From positions 17,360,001 through 17,424,000 of the forward strand of contig CM060731.1 in assembly GCA_030704615.1 (NCBI GenBank): DNA of 64,000 nt. The letters run 5' to 3'. The notes under the pieces were generated by a model that saw only the letters and a program-made list of their open reading frames with translations, made no database searches and had not been told where the DNA came from. Positions 45,446 through 60,532 of the stretch are shown in pieces; within the stretch, counting starts at the first letter, position 1; every line of letters starts with the position of its first letter. The stretch is from Takakia lepidozioides (Eukaryota > Plantae > Bryophyta). The position numbers and the translations under genes were made by a program.

Positions 45446-46473
45446 CCGGGCAGATTCCAAAGAAATTGACGACGACGACGATGACATGTCTACGATGACC
45501 TGGCTACGATGTCGTGGTGACGAAACGTGGCGACGATGACGTGGCACTATGTCACCCTATTCCTGCTCTACGCTAAACTAGCTTTCGACCTTCGGTCGTC
45601 GCTAGAACTAGGGCTTTGCGTTGCTCCGCAGTACTAGCGTTGAATTCTGAGAACTACGTTCAATTTTTCACAAAAAAAGGGTGGGTCATCCCCATGGTGT
45701 TACATGCAGAGATCCCGTGTTTTGCTTTTTATCTGGAAGAAAAATGGCGGATCTGCATTTCAATGATCAATTTTCACAAGCCACATCAACCAATAACAAC
45801 ATACCCAAATACCCTTACATTCACTATATGAACTTTCAAGCATCCACCATGGGATTGGATCTTGGTGGGTTAAGGCTAGCTTTTGACAATATTCATGTAA
45901 GTTCGTCAAGGGCTCCATCCAAAGCCACACCACGAGAAACAAACAAACATGTCTAAATTTAAGATGTTGAACAAACTTGTGCACAGGGCTGCCCTTCTCA
46001 TCAAGCTCATTAAAATTCGAATTCACTCCATCTTCAAGCTTTGGAGAAGCTCCACCACCCAAACCCAGAATTAGGACAGCACTCTGATTTCCATCCACTG
46101 TCGCCAAAATCAGTAAAAAATCACCCATTGAGTCAAGTGCAATTGTGGGCTGACTTCCCACCTATGCTGGGTAGACCCCACTATCAGGAAATGGTGGATG
46201 GTCTGAGTAGCTACACAGATCAATGAATGAAGCAAGACACTTGCATCTTGCACTCAACAGTACATGATGGTCAGTTTTCTCAAGAAATGGTGGATGGTCT
46301 GAGTAGCTACACAGATCAATGAATGAAGCAAGACAGTAGCATCTTTCCAAGAAAACATCCTTTCACCAGAAATCACCACAAGAACAAATCCCATCTTCAA
46401 AGTGGTGGAAAGTAGTTAGCGTCCCATATAACAATTGTTCGGCCAACAATCTTTGAGATGAATTTGGTGGAGG
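45446..46473. repeat. Duplicated block copy 2 (modules A and B, DYW 3' flank)
   Basis: Homologous to 1313-2112, with an extra segment of about 230 bp holding a short direct repeat (about 46187-46240 and 46284-46335). Confidence 0.85.
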
Positions 46474-47610
46474 TGTGGCAGTCTCCACACACTCGAAGAT
46501 TCTTGATGAGTCATGTTGATCAGCCCAAAACCAATGGCCAGCTTCTCACTGTGGTGGCAAAGAGAAAATTCCTTTCCTCCACATTATGCAATAAAAAACG
46601 TGTGTCAGGCACATACCCCGCCTCCTTCATCTGCCCAGACAATCTTCTTAGCTCAGCATGGATTTCCTTAATTCTGGGATGTAACTTGTCATCTGGCTCC
46701 TTTCTAACCCCTCTGACCTTCATCATTCTTCTCACATTTTGCAATATCATCCCACCTACTAGCTGCAGCATAGATGTTTGATATAGCAACACATAAGTCG
46801 CGGCATCCTGTTCATCCCACTTGAGGATAGATGTTGCCACACATTCAACCATCTCCACATTGCCATGGATTCTGCAGGCACCAAGCAAGGCCTTCCACAC
46901 CACAACATCTGAATTGATTGGCATTTTATTAATTAGGTCCACTGCCTCACGTAATTGTCCCGCACGTCCACAAGGTCTACCATGCAACCAAAGTGCTTTA
47001 TTGGCGGGGTGGCACCATGATCTTGACTCAAGGAATCAAAGTAGTGTCTTCTTTCATTCAGTAGGCCACTGTGGCTGCATGCAGAGAGAACACATATAAA
47101 GGTGATATTGTCCGGCTTCAAGCCGTTCTTTTGCATTCCTTCAAGTAGTTGCAGGACCTCCCTATGACAACCATGTTGGGCATATCCTGCGATCATCGCA
47201 TTCCACGACACCACATTTCATTCATCCACATTGTCAAATACCCATCCTGCGCCCTTGTTGTGCATATCCTGCAATCATCGCACTCCACAACACCACATCT
47301 CGTTCAGCCATACTGTCGAACACTCCCTTCATACATGTCCATGAGGGTATTGTTCAGAATGACATTTGGTACAACTGCAGCTCTGACCATGTCGCCATGG
47401 ACCTCTTTGCCCTTTTCCAGAGCTGCCAAGCTTGCACACGCATTGCAAATGCACAGAAACGTGATGTGGTCGGGCTTCACCCCTTCCCCCATCATGTGAT
47501 CATAGGTCTCCAAAGCCTCCATACCACGTCCATGATGCTCCCGCACTTAACACACATGTTGACAAGGGTGTTGAGTAGAAAAACATTTGGCGTGAATCCA
47601 CTTTGGATAA
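46362..47610 (-). pseudogene. PPR-DYW pseudogene
   Basis: PLS and E motifs, [35 protein letters not shown]; several frameshifts and deletions. Confidence 0.9.
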
Positions 47611-47858
47611 TGTGACTATGCACATGCTTTCCATTGCGATTGCGGCCTCCATGAAAATCCGCAGAGAAGCATGAGACCAGCTCAAGAACTCATTTTTGGT
47701 TTTTTCGGGCAATTCGGGCAGATTCCAAACAAAACGACGATGATGACGTGGCTACGATGATGTGGCTACGACGAAACGTGGCGACGACGACGTGGTACTA
47801 TGGCACCCTATATCTGCTCTACGCTAAACTAGCTTCCGACCTTCGGTCGTCGCTAGAA

Positions 47859-49053
47859 TCTCATGGAGGTGCAAAATATTCTCCGACCTTCATTGATGAT
47901 TTTTCCAAGAAAATATTATTGTACACAATGCAAAACAAGTTTGGAGTTCTCGATAGGTTCAAAGTGTTCAAAGCTTTGGTGGAGAATCAAACTAGAGAAA
48001 AGATCAAGACAATTCGATATAATGGCGGTGGAAAATACATCTCCAAGAAGTTTGATAAAGGAGAATGGTATTGTGAAACGAACAACCACACCATACACTC
48101 CGAAGCAAAACGGAGTTGTAGAGAATAAGAATCGAACACTTGTTGAGATAGGACCATTGTAAGTAGAGGCGATTGCAACATACCTCCAGAATCGAGTTCC
48201 TACCAATGCGATCTCTACAAAGATACATGAAGAGGTTTGAAAAGGTGAGAACCCTTCAATTGATCATTTGCACATCTTTGGAATTGTTGCGTTTGCTCGT
48301 GTTCTAAAAGAGGTAAGGAAGAAGTTGGATGCAAAAGCAATCTACATTTGCTATATCCTCGACTACGGCAGAATATGTGGCTGCATCTCAAGCTACAAGA
48401 CAAGCATTGTGGTTATCATCATTTCTTTCAAGTATTGATCATCCACAAAGAGATACATGGCCATATATGATGGCAACCAAAGGTGTATTGCTCTCTAAAA
48501 GAATCTGACTTTTCATGCTCGCACAAAGCACATTGAGATTCATCAGCATCTAATGGTGTATTGCAATACCAACAACATGGTTGCACACATATTGACAAAA
48601 GGGCTTAGTATTGAACAGCAAGAACGCTTTCGAGGCTTGATGGGAGTAGTTAAATGTTTAACCTGTTAACTCGTTGAGTGGGGATGTTGAAAATCAACTC
48701 CTTATCAAGTTACTTCTATTCAAAGTTACTGTGATGACAAGTCATAATGCAATAATAGCAATGTTGACATGTCATAGTTAACAGCAGTGATAAGCCTCGG
48801 TTAGCTTGAGTTAGGAATGACTCAAGTTAGAATACCAAAATAGCAGTTGGAGATCACTTAAGTTGAGCATGTAGTTAATTTAAAGCTAATTTTTGAATAG
48901 ATCTTGAGTATAAATACGAAGAGCTTGGAGGGGGAATAACAGCTTATTATGTTCCTATGGTTGGGTAGAGAGGTCTTAGTGAATCATTTCATCTTTCATC
49001 TCTGTTCTCTATCAAATTCAAACAAGTACAACTCAAAAAATGTGCTTACTACA
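47859..49053 (+). mobile_element. Ty1/Copia remnant (integrase and RNase H fragments, PPT, probable 3' LTR from 48685)
   Basis: GGAKY..TFIDDFS, TTPYTPKQNGVVENKNRTL, FHARTKHIEI, ILTKGL; ttgagtgggga followed by tgttga. LTR end uncertain. Confidence 0.75.
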
Positions 49054-49898
49054 ATCTGAAATACTAACCTTTGATTTTTACTTTAGGCCACATTACTATA
49101 TCACCCATCTCCACTACTCAGTATGCTACAAAGTTAAAAAGCATTCCAGTGAGAGACAGATGCTCATTGATAGTGGCTCCATTGGTTCTCTCTCTCCACC
49201 GCACATCTAAAACAAATCTCATATCTCGCATTTCCCTCAACATACAGATCTATTGCAATTAATTATGCACACAATTTACAATAATACTCACACCAATACT
49301 ATTGATAAAATGCAAAGCCCCTCAAATCCATAACGTTTACGCTCATACGGATAGAATGTTCTACCAATTCTCCACACCTAGCATGACCATTCTTAAAAAT
49401 GTCTATCTTTGCCCACCTATACACATGCCATTTATATATCATGGCAGCTTGTATCCAAATATAATATCAACTTGACCTACTTGGATAAATGCCACAAATA
49501 TAATATCTCGGTTTCATTCGCTCACTGTTTGATGATTGATCCCCTTGCAATATGTTCTTTGTCAAATGGAATTGCACATCCAACATATTAGCCATCTCGC
49601 CTCACAACCCACAACCTCCACGTATATGAACATGCTTACTTATTTCTATATGACGCCAAAAATGCACACCATCTCAGCAAAGCTAGATCCTAACAAAAAA
49701 CATATGTTGGACAAAACTGTGAATATGTAGCCCAAGTTTCATTTAAAAAAAATTCCGCCGATAGGAAGGCGGCATGGCCAAGTGGGGGGGGGGAGCATGG
49801 GAATAACACGTAGAAGAGAGGAAAAATGTGGGTTTGAAGGATGGACAGGTGGGCTCCAGTGGAGGGACAGCTGGAGAGAGGGAAATGACATTGTTTAA

Positions 49899-50974
49899 GG
49901 TAACCTCACCCAAAACCACACGAATAAGAAATACGCCTAAAAATTGTTTTTCTCCCTTACAAGGCATTATTATTATTGTTGTTGTTGTTGTTGTTGTTGA
50001 AAACAGGGGACAGTGTCCCTGGTGGGAACTTTATTAGAATTATTGAAGGGAAAAAAAATTAAAACCCTTGATGCCCGAAGGCTGCCATAAGGCTTAACAC
50101 ACGAAGACCGTGACGGATAGCCTGAGGAACAATTCTTGAACTGCACGACCGGCAGTGAAGGACCCGAAGATAACCTCCAGAACTAGTGACCCAGAAAATA
50201 CGTGGGGAATACCCAATGCCCAGAGTCTGAAGACCCTGTGGACGAAGCCAGGCCCATGTGCGGTAGGCCCAACATGGGCGGTGGTGAAAGCGATCAGAGC
50301 CAAGAATGACTAGTCTATCTGTAGAATAGCTTGGTCTTCGTCGACGTCTTAACATGCTTCCAATTCACATCCGACTTGTCGAACTCAGGGGAAGCAGAAG
50401 AGGAGGGATCTGTGGTGTTGCCATTGAGCGGGGATTTCTTTTGGCCCCCACAATTGCAGATGATGCCATCTCTTCCCCATGTGGCCTGGAAGGTGTTGAT
50501 GAGGGCATGCTGGCGTTCAGGGGCATTGGCGATTCCTGCACACACTTTCTCCCAAGCCATTTTAGCTGCGATGGTAAGATCGTAAAAGATCTTAGTGAGA
50601 GTAGCAGTAGTAGTATAGTTAATCCCTCTCCAGAGCCCAAGAGCACATGGCCTTCCAAAGATATGCCAGAGAGTGGCTGCTCTGAGTGGTTCAAAGACCG
50701 GACAGTCAATGGTATTTTTTACCTAGTTAGAAGTAGACTCGTTTATTCATGTTAGTAGGCTTGCCTGTTCACTCTAGTAGACCTATTCATGTCTGCAGAC
50801 TCACCCATTCCCATCATCCATCTACAATTCTTCATCCAACGGTGTCTAAGCATGTGTTCTGTGTGAACCCTGACACCTCATGATATGACGGATTTGCACT
50901 GCTTTGATATTGGAAATGGGGGGCTTTTATACGTGACGGTTTTAGGTGCGGTGTTGGAATTGGGTGAGGTTACC
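49899..50974. mobile_element. Small non-autonomous TIR element flanked by TTAA
   Basis: 15-bp perfect inverted ends ggtaacctcacccaa / ttgggtgaggttacc, with TTAA at 49895-49898 and 50975-50978. Confidence 0.6.
49967..50600 (-). mobile_element. LINE 3' fragment with (CAA)n(TAA)n tail
   Basis: AWEKVCAGI...LINTFQATWGRDGII resembles the LINE C-terminus in ORF 63216..63668; AATAAA followed by a microsatellite tail. Confidence 0.6.
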
Positions 50975-52394
50975 TTAATTTATGTAAGGTCAAAACAGCC
51001 AGAGCATTGGAAGAGCCAATGGGGGGTCCCAATGGAACTGGACTAGAGGTTTCTTTGGGGTAGTTAGTGTACAAGTGTCAAATAGTGGAGTAGGTTTCTG
51101 TAGGGTAGGACTTGTGTCAAGCCTTCTGAAAGGCTCCACCACCACTTGAGGGGAGGCTAAATAAGGAGGTCCTGCACCTTACTACTTAGACGTAAGTAGT
51201 TACTACTTAGTGGACGGCCCCAAAAACAAATAGGACCGTAGATATAATAATCAATAGAGTGAATGCAGTGACAGATTAGAATTAGAGACTGAAAGGGATA
51301 ACTATCAACCTATATCTGGACACAGACAATTTTTTCTCTGACATATATTTTTCAGTGCCATAAAGCACTCCCCTCCGTTTGAATTCATATCTCTGATCCA
51401 ATGGACATACGGACAGGTGCTTCAATAAGGGCCGTGTCAAGCTCTACCTCTAGGAAATTGAAACCCTGGGTTTCTTTCTACACATTGTTCTCACAACCAT
51501 CAAATTGAGATAAAAGTTAGGTTGACGTGCAGGAATTAGATCTACGTGGTCAGATTGCGTAGGGATCAGACATTGGACCCTGCATCATAACAGCATAATG
51601 TTGTTGACGAGCTAGCTTGGAAGAAAATTTCATCAGCACAATCAAAACCTACCAAAAGCTACACAAAATCATTCAGCGCGACAATCACAAAATGCAAACA
51701 AAAACCGTGCATTACTGGCTCAGTTCCAAAAACCTTGATTATGTGCAGTAGCTGGGGAGGCTAGCCTGTAGCCGGTCACCAGGGAGTGCCTGGAGGCGGT
51801 GATGCCTCCCCGTCTACATAGTCCATGACTGTTTGCCCTTAAATGACTCATCTTAATTACAGGTACCATGGAGCTTTGAGATTACTTCACAACAGTCTCC
51901 GAAGAAACGGATGAAACTCTGATCACCCATATCTATTTGTAAAATGTAGTTGCAGTAACCTTCCTATTATGTTTACATGAAAGAATGGCCACACATTAAC
52001 CTGTAGTTAGAAACAGAACCCACAACTACTGCCCGTGATGAAATCTGTAACCCTTGTTGGCACCGTCACATCCTAATCCTAATAACTCGTGAAAAGAGCC
52101 AAGTTTCTCGCGAATTAAACCACTACACTTGGGAAGGTGGGGGATCAATGTTCTGTGTGTCAATGTCCATAGCTTCAGCACTTTCAGCATTCGGTGAAAT
52201 CTCTGATGGACCCTGTCAGATAGATGCAATTTCACTGTCTCATTGGGTAGGCCAGGCAGTGTATCCATACTACAGAATGATTGTGCACCCTCGCAGAGAG
52301 CCTCCGCCACCTCTTCCTTCTCCTCATTCGCTCTCTCCTCAGAGGCCCCAACTGCCAGTGGTACTCCCACCTCTGCTGGCTCCAAATCTGATAT

Positions 52395-55300
52395 TCAGAG
52401 CTCTGCTGGCTGTCCAACTTCCTCCTCTCCTTCTGCAGGAGTTGGTGGAATACTCACTGCATTGAGAGAGAGACGCTGCAGCATTTGTAATGCCTCGGCC
52501 TTTGTGATCAGAAGACTCACATTCGTCCTTCCCCGCCAGCACCCAACCGCAATTTCAGGGGGCGGTCGATCTTCTGTAGCATTATCAGTCCCCTCACAGG
52601 ACTCTTCTGCAAGTGACAGGGAGGTTAGAGAACATGATGCCACCAAAGCCATGCAATTCTTTCTGCAAGTTTTGGACGTGATATTATAAGCAACAATGAT
52701 ATGCATTGAATTGCTCAGCCTAAGAGACACCAAACCGTTATCAGTGGCCACTAGGAAAACTTCTGGCCAATTCCTCTCTTCTAATGGAATTATCTTTGTT
52801 TCTTTGGGTTTGTGAAGCTAGAAACTACTGCCAATCTGACAATTACTTCATGGATGGGCTTCCTAAAAGATACATGAAACAACCACAGATAAATACAAGA
52901 ATTGGTTTCTGGACACTTACTGCTGGGAAGAGCAACAACACAGCAACCATGCAATAGGCTTTGCAGGGCAGCTGAGAAGGCAGATTCATTGAATGCGGAA
53001 AATGGAACCGCCTTTGTGGAGAGCAAAAGCTTGAAATCTGTCTTCGATGCAAACACAATCTGCTTTGTGATGTGAGGCAGCAACACTGACAGGCCTTCAG
53101 AAGCAATCCGAAAGGCACATGGAGAGGTCCCATCTTTTGGTTGTTGCCGCTCCTGGTGTCTCCCCACCCCACAATATTGCCCAATAAAGATGTCAAGAAA
53201 ATAAAGGAATGATTTGGACATGGGTCTGGGCAAGAGGCCAGTGGACTCTGCCTTTGTGTGGAAGGCTTCAGAGCATGCTATTGGAACAATTGCAATTCTC
53301 ACTTCTAGGAGAGACAGAGAGCGAGCATCCAGGAGCAGCGCCTCCTTAGAGGTGAAATGTATATCTCTACACCATGACAACAGAAAGACCAATGTGTTAA
53401 GAAATAACAGGAGTAGACTTTGAAAGTGCTTACAAAGATCTTCAGGCCAGCCGATGTTATCTTCAACTGTTCACCAGCACGAAAATTTAGTTCAATGGCA
53501 TCACTCACAGACCGAGAAACATAATAAATTCGTTTCAGGCGAGATGCGTCCTCACTGCGTGTCACAAGACGGCCACGAAGTGGGAACGAGTCTTGAATGC
53601 CATAGTAAGCTATCAAACTCCCTATAACCTGCTCATCTTTCAAAAAAAGCACTGGGTCCACCCCCTTCCACCTCCCCTGGCGCTGGAACCTGCCACCTGC
53701 CACCCTCTGGTTGGTGGGCTTGGCCTCACCCTCCCTCTCCAATTCCCCTGACCTTTCTATATTGTTTGCTTCCTTGATCTCCTTGCAACCATCCTCTTCC
53801 TGTCCAGAAACTTTGTTCTCTGATGTGAGGGCTTCCCCTTGCAAAACATTGCCAGCTAAACTATCATCTATTTTCCTATTGTTTTCACTTGGACTTGCAC
53901 ATGAATTCCCCTGCCCAATAGTGGTTGCTAAACTGTCAGGACTGCCACCTGACTGTCCATATTCAGGAAATAAACCATCAATCTTGGAGTCCTGAAACTT
54001 TGATGGATTGGGCTCATTAATGTTGAGTGATGTAGAGTCAACTTCTGATTCCGATATTTCTGGAATCGCTAGCTCTTCATCTGCATAAAGATCAACAATA
54101 CATCAACTTCCAAATCCGGAATCTGAAACCATGTACATCTAGTCAGTTCAAAATAGATACACACAAAATCATTTGCAACACTGCCAAACTCACCTGCTGG
54201 AGCACATGTCAGCTTTTGATTACCCCCCTTCCTTTTGTGCATAACTGCAAAAGAAAGTAGGGCCGTAAGCAGACAGTTGATTACAAAAGAGAGAACCAAG
54301 ATGAGGGCAGGGTTGGCTTGATGCAATGAGCACAGAGGGACCAACAGTGGATTACAGATCAATAACCTTTGAAAGGAGACGTCTTCCGGAAAACAGCAAT
54401 GAAAAATCCCCCGGTATCCTGGTCATGGGGCAATATCCGCATGCACCGCTCAAGCGGCAGACTTGCCACCTCTGCTGGGCCGCCTTCAGTGTCTATCTCC
54501 TCCACAATTTCCTTCTTCTCATCAACACCATCCTCCATATCTACTCAAAATCTCATCATCAATCAGTGCAACTGAAAAAGCACCAAGAAAACTAGGATGA
54601 CAGGTCCTGTCAAGTGTCATTGACTTTAGAGATATGCTCTCCAGTGGGATCTAGTCGATGCAATTTTTAACTTCAATATCAGTCTGTCAAATCTTTAGGA
54701 AAATGGAATCTCCTCCTTCCATAGATATCTCACACCTCATATCTGTGCTGCTACCCAAGCGTCGAGAATAGAAACGGTTGTTACCTGTGGGTGCAGTAGA
54801 TGCGGCATCCTTCGAGCTTGGGTCATTTCCATCTATGAGGTCCCAACCATTTCCAGATGGGAACATACCAGGTACCACTGCCCCTGCCCTGTGTCTATCT
54901 ATTTGAGAGGCAGAGCCCAACCATCGCTTCCTATCTCGAACCTGGGTTACCAAAACACACAAAAAAAACTTGTTGTCAATCCCCATGTCTACAAGTCTAT
55001 CAGAGTGGACTTTATCATGGTATTAACTTCAAGCAGAGATTTAATCTGATACCGAGGAACACAGGTATAGGCCTTGTCTTGAGTTTGGGCCAAAAAAGTG
55101 TGAAAACAATGCTTTCAATGCTCACAAGACAGCACCTTCCAAAACATATAACCACCATAATAAGAATCGACACAACATCTTCACCATCATCTTGACAACT
55201 TTGGGAAATGAGTTCTGTTTTCCCTCGTTTGATTACTCACCCAAAGTGGGAGATCCCTTCTTATACTGCTTGTTTAGTCTGCTTGTTCATCAAAAGCTGA

Positions 55301-58300
55301 AAAGAAGGGGTTGTACAAAGCCTCGAGTCATGCGGCAAGGATGAGAGAAAAAGAGATACCCTCGCACAAATAAAACAGTATGATTATACCTTCCAGGAGG
55401 TCACACCAGGCCTACGCTTGAGCTCAGGTAGCTCAGATGAAACATCAAGCAGCTCCAGACATCCACCACTTTCCCTCAAAATCTGGGGCAACCATTCCAA
55501 ATTAGTTACATCATTCAGCCGTCGCAAATTTGCATTAATTATAAACCTTCCAGATTGAAAATATAGGTGATAACTTACCAAAATTCAACTAGAGAAGAGA
55601 CTTGATTATGGCATACCTCCCCAACAACAGCCTCATCCTCCACTGGATTTAAAGAGCAAGTTGAGTACACCAGCCGTCCCCCAACTTTCAGCAAAGCGAC
55701 CCCTTCATAACCCGACAGCCCAACAATATTATTCCAAGTAATTGTCTTGGAAGCAAAACATTGTAATTGCATTTGGTCAAGCAGTATATGGCTGTTCACT
55801 TTCCCCACCCTCTCTCGCCCAAGTTCAAGCCATTCGCTCTTACCTATGCAAGGGTGATTAAAGTATATTCAACTGCAGACAAGGTAAACAGTCAATGGAA
55901 GAAGTTTGTGGTACTCATTCCCCACATAAAGGGAACAGATGTATGGAATATGCGAAATGAGGACCAACTTTTAACAAATTGCAACATCTTAAGACACCAA
56001 CCCAGCCACAGCTTAGGATGCAATGTCACAACTTAAGTTATGACTTGGAGGGAGCTGGGAACCAGCATCAACCAGGGTGACGGCTGAAGTTTCTGACATG
56101 GATGAAGATTCTGACAATGAATAACTGGCCTGACACTACCTCGAATTGCAATTTGAACTTGGAGGCGATGCAAGCCATTTGCTACACCACAATTCCTGCA
56201 GGTCACATCATGTGTGATATGGATTAAGTTGACTGCAGAATAGTCTTAAAACACATCAATCCAATGACTTGCACATGTTTCCATCCTCCACCAAGTACAT
56301 GCATCACATACATGTCGACCCAGAAAACTATGAGGCATCCATTGTGCCAAGTAGGCATACAGTATCAGGATAATGATTTGATTGCACCAACACACCTCCA
56401 GCCTCCTATGTTATAGTAAAACCTTAGACAGTTACACATCACCCCTTCTTCCCAGACTGTCATTTCTCTTTCCATAAACTACCAAAATGGCATGACATGA
56501 TGAGAATACATTCCCGGCAAAGGTGTGTTACTTAATAAGAAAAAGAGCACACCATGTCCTCCAGATGTCAGGAGCTTTGCGGATGGTACCATCACCACTG
56601 CAAGGAACATCGCACAAGATGCGATCAAAGAGCAATCCCTCAATGTTTACAGTGGCATCTCCATAACTGCCGCCGTCTTTTAGTCCTGGAAAGTGTTGGG
56701 CCTCATGGTTTGTGACCAATGTGTTGGGGCTACACATGCGCTTTGTCTGGTGTATCAACAAATGGCAGCGTTGCACATCCACGTCATTTGCTATTACCTG
56801 CACACCAAGAGAATAGCTTGTAGAGGCAGGAAAGAAAATGGCTATATCACCAACGTTGAGAACTTCTCCCACATATGCTGTGTCTATAAAGTGGAACAAC
56901 AAATGACTGTTACATTCCCCACATCAATGGGGCACAAGACATGAAATACAGAGAATGGTGAGAAAGAAACAAATTCCTTACGTCTGCAGGAGGGCCCAAG
57001 GGACATGAGTACTCGAGCATTGCTTGAAGACGGAGTGCCTCGTGCAGGTAAGTCAGCCTTTAGCTGAAAGCCTCTGGCAGGGCTGGGAATCTCTAAGAAG
57101 ACAACGAGTCTTTGCCCAGCTCCAAGGAGAGAAAGAAAGAAACAGAAATAGGACATAGAAGGGGAGCCAAAGACACGTGTATACCAGCAGACGTATCACA
57201 GAGAAAATAGACAGTACAACCACTGAATCCAAAAAATTACAAAAAGCTCAAGCAATTGGGAGAAAAGGGAAGCTTAATAACCTCCACAGGGTCACAAGGG
57301 CCCATGAGAGCGAGGGTGTGAGAAGGAAAAGCACAAACCATGCCATCAGAAAGATCCCCGGGTGTGTCTGCTCGATGAATCATCTCCAAAAGCTGGAAAG
57401 TCTTGGAGCCAGGTGCTGCACACACTGTAGCAACCCCAAACACCACATTACTTCAAAAGGCAACAATAGCTTGCCTCCAACAAGAAATGGAAGAGAGAAG
57501 CAATTTATCGATAAGATGAAACCTGTTGTAATGACATGCAGGCCAGAAACACCTCATATACCCTCGTATTGGTTGATACCCGACATATGGTAGGGTAAAT
57601 CTATAAACTAAATCATCCGGTTAGCGCTTCCTCACTGAGCCAACAAAACACAGTTTGACTATGCCTCTTTAAGTACAGATGCATAGGCAAGGTAAGAATC
57701 ACATATTTTATTGAGACTGAATATGATCACTGAATGGAACACAAACAATGAGATGAATATACAAATTAAGCACATCTGTCAGACACTGAAACTGGTGTTT
57801 AATACTCTGGTAAGTCATGCTAACGAAAAGGAAAATGATTAAAGAAGCCTCTGTTTTTTATTTATTTCTATGAACAATGATGATTATTATGTATAGGCCT
57901 GTAGATCAACTTCATTGCAGAATGGCTTAAATCTCTGAAGTACACTGAAGATGAATAATTTCACAATTTCACCTCCAGATCCCAAATGCAGAAGTGACAA
58001 GCTTACTATCAAGAACACGGTGATGAGGTTGCACATCCAGGAAAAGTGGTGGCAGCTGCACATACACAAAACTATGCACATGGGTCAGCCATATTTGATA
58101 CTCTTTCCTGGAGTGCCCATCACCATGGCATTCGACCAGAGCTACCAGGTCCTGGTGGAATTTTAAGATTTCACAAAGAAATGGGAAAGTTGTAGAGGCA
58201 TGAATAAGAGGGGTGGGGTCAGTGACTAGTAATAGATGACCCTGTAATAGCCATGTGTGACAGTAGACTTTCAAACATGTTGAAACTGAGATAAGTACAC

Positions 58301-60532
58301 CTGCATGAGTTCAGAGTGTGTGTCATGGGCTATGTATCTTCATTTATTAATTGGTCAGTAATAGGTCATGACAGGACATTAAAGTAAGATTCACAAGTGG
58401 GGAAGAAACACAAAACAGCAAGATGGACAAGGTAAGCCTCAACTTCAGCTGGATCTTAAACGGAATAGGGAGGAAGGCAGAAAGGGCCTCTCACCATGCT
58501 AACAGCTTCTTGCCGTGTGATGCTCCCAATCTCATTCTCTTGCTTCAGAAACTCATGTATTCTGCATCCCCCAAGAGTGACTATGCCCATCCTTTACCTG
58601 ACTTTTACCCAGATCAGGGAATCACATGGTTTCCTGTCCTGTCTTCGTCCTTTATGTGCTTGTAAGACTTGGAACAAAAGGTTCATGCAATCCAACATCC
58701 AAGAGGATGCTTCCAACCAGCAATTTCCTTAAACAAAGGCGTTTAGATTCATGCTGTTGCTATCCACAGATACACCCCCTAAACCAGCCAAGTTAATAGA
58801 AGAATAAGCAAAGCAATAGCAGCTTGTTGTCTGGAAACCAGCCATTACAACTTGCACATAAACAAGCCATACCTCTCAAGAACAGATAACTTTCGGAGCT
58901 GCATGCGCGAGAAGCTCAATTGCCATGCAAGTGTGTCAGGGTACCAGGGCAGAGGCCGAGCTGGCTCAATTTCTTCACCATCAACCTGAAACCAGGGAGC
59001 ATTCAATTTACCGAACAAGCCTTAACCTGCAAGCAACTAATTTGGTTTGGAGTGAAAGTAATCACATCCTATACATCATCGAAGTTCTAACATGTTCCGG
59101 CGATTGGCTGTTCAAATATCATACCTCTGCACCATTTTTCAAGTAATCCAACAATTCCAACTGCATTTGATCCCTTATCTCATGTGCAAATTGTCCACTA
59201 CACAACATCAACCACACACACTCGTCACATAACCACATGGGCTCATGCAAGTTAGGAACTCATGAATAGTTATCTAGAGGATGATTGCCATCAAGCCACA
59301 AATAGGTGAACAATATGATACCTTCGATGTAAAGCGGGCCACATAGTAGAAGGTGAATCCATTTTTAGCTTAATTCCATCTTGGATGGTGTTATATGGCA
59401 CAACCCAACTCGTAAGACTTGTTTGAATGTAAATGCTTGCTCATTACCTGCCATTAATCCGGAAAGTTGTGGGCAAAGGCTTCCGCAATGTTGAGATGAA
59501 CTCATCCCACTCCTCCAGAGGTACTATCCCCTGCTTCTGTTACCGACCGTACATTCACACTATTAGAACACCTTACCATCCAAACCTAACTCAGTTGAAA
59601 TTTTCGGGGACACTTGCAGGAAGGAATCAACACTGCTCACATGTATCAACATTTCCGAGGGGGTACCCACCTGCATTTACAATCTGATCTACTTGAGTTG
59701 TCAAACTGCCATAGATGGCAGAGAATGCAGTTGAACTCACCAGCAACTCCCTGAACTGTACAACCAAGCTGGCTATCAAGTCAAACCGCATTTATTCACC
59801 TGTCACATTTTTGACAGTTGAAGTGCCTGGCCTACGCTTCAGATAGTTCGTGGTCCTTCAAATGATGGAGGACATATGTATTATACTCCAATTGATCAAG
59901 GAGTGGCATACCACCTTCAGATGGCTCCAGAAAAAACATGAAGAGGAATGTGTTGTGTAAGCCCCAATGTAATGTCTCAACCTTACTCTTCAGCCGCTTG
60001 ATGAATTACAAAAACGGTCAAACCTCTAACCCTAAATCCTGATTACCACTAGATCTGTAACAAGCTAACCTTTGGCTAAGCAGCACAAAATTGCTACTAC
60101 TAACTGCCATAGTTTGAATCCATCAATCCAGTTGCCATGCACCAAACCTCCCTTAAATTGTCAAGACAAAGGCCAGAGAGAACTCACTATGCATGGATTG
60201 CGACAATCATTTGAGCCTAACTAAGCTCGGCTTGGAAGAATTAAAGCTTCTCTTTGGTCATTAAAAAAGAGCCTGCATCTCATGTACGAAACAAACAAAC
60301 AACCCTACAACCGTCACGACTGAAAATCCTCTCGATAAAGTGCGAGAAAAGAAACCTTGTAGAAAAGTTCAAAGGATGGGCTCTCCATCACGAAGGGCAT
60401 CCACCCCGCTTCGGAGGCAGGAGCTGCCACTGAAGGATCGGGGCGAGGTTTCTTCCACACATTCGGTCGTCCATCCCGAAAGTCGCGGCGTTGCGTGCGC
60501 CCGCGCTTGCCGGCCCTGCCTCTCCCCCCCAT
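52395..60532 (-). CDS. TRM4: Multi-exon tRNA/RNA cytosine-C5 methyltransferase, TRM4/NSUN2 family
   Basis: [18 protein letters not shown] start; exons [118 protein letters not shown]; GT-AG boundaries. Confidence 0.93.

Noticed and set aside
47459-47467. acgtgatgt as M2's right TSD
   Set aside because: It is ordinary PPR consensus sequence with no adjacent TIR.
52395-60532. TRM4 as part of the methyltransferase system
   Set aside because: It is a conserved housekeeping RNA m5C enzyme outside all element boundaries; proximity is likely coincidental.
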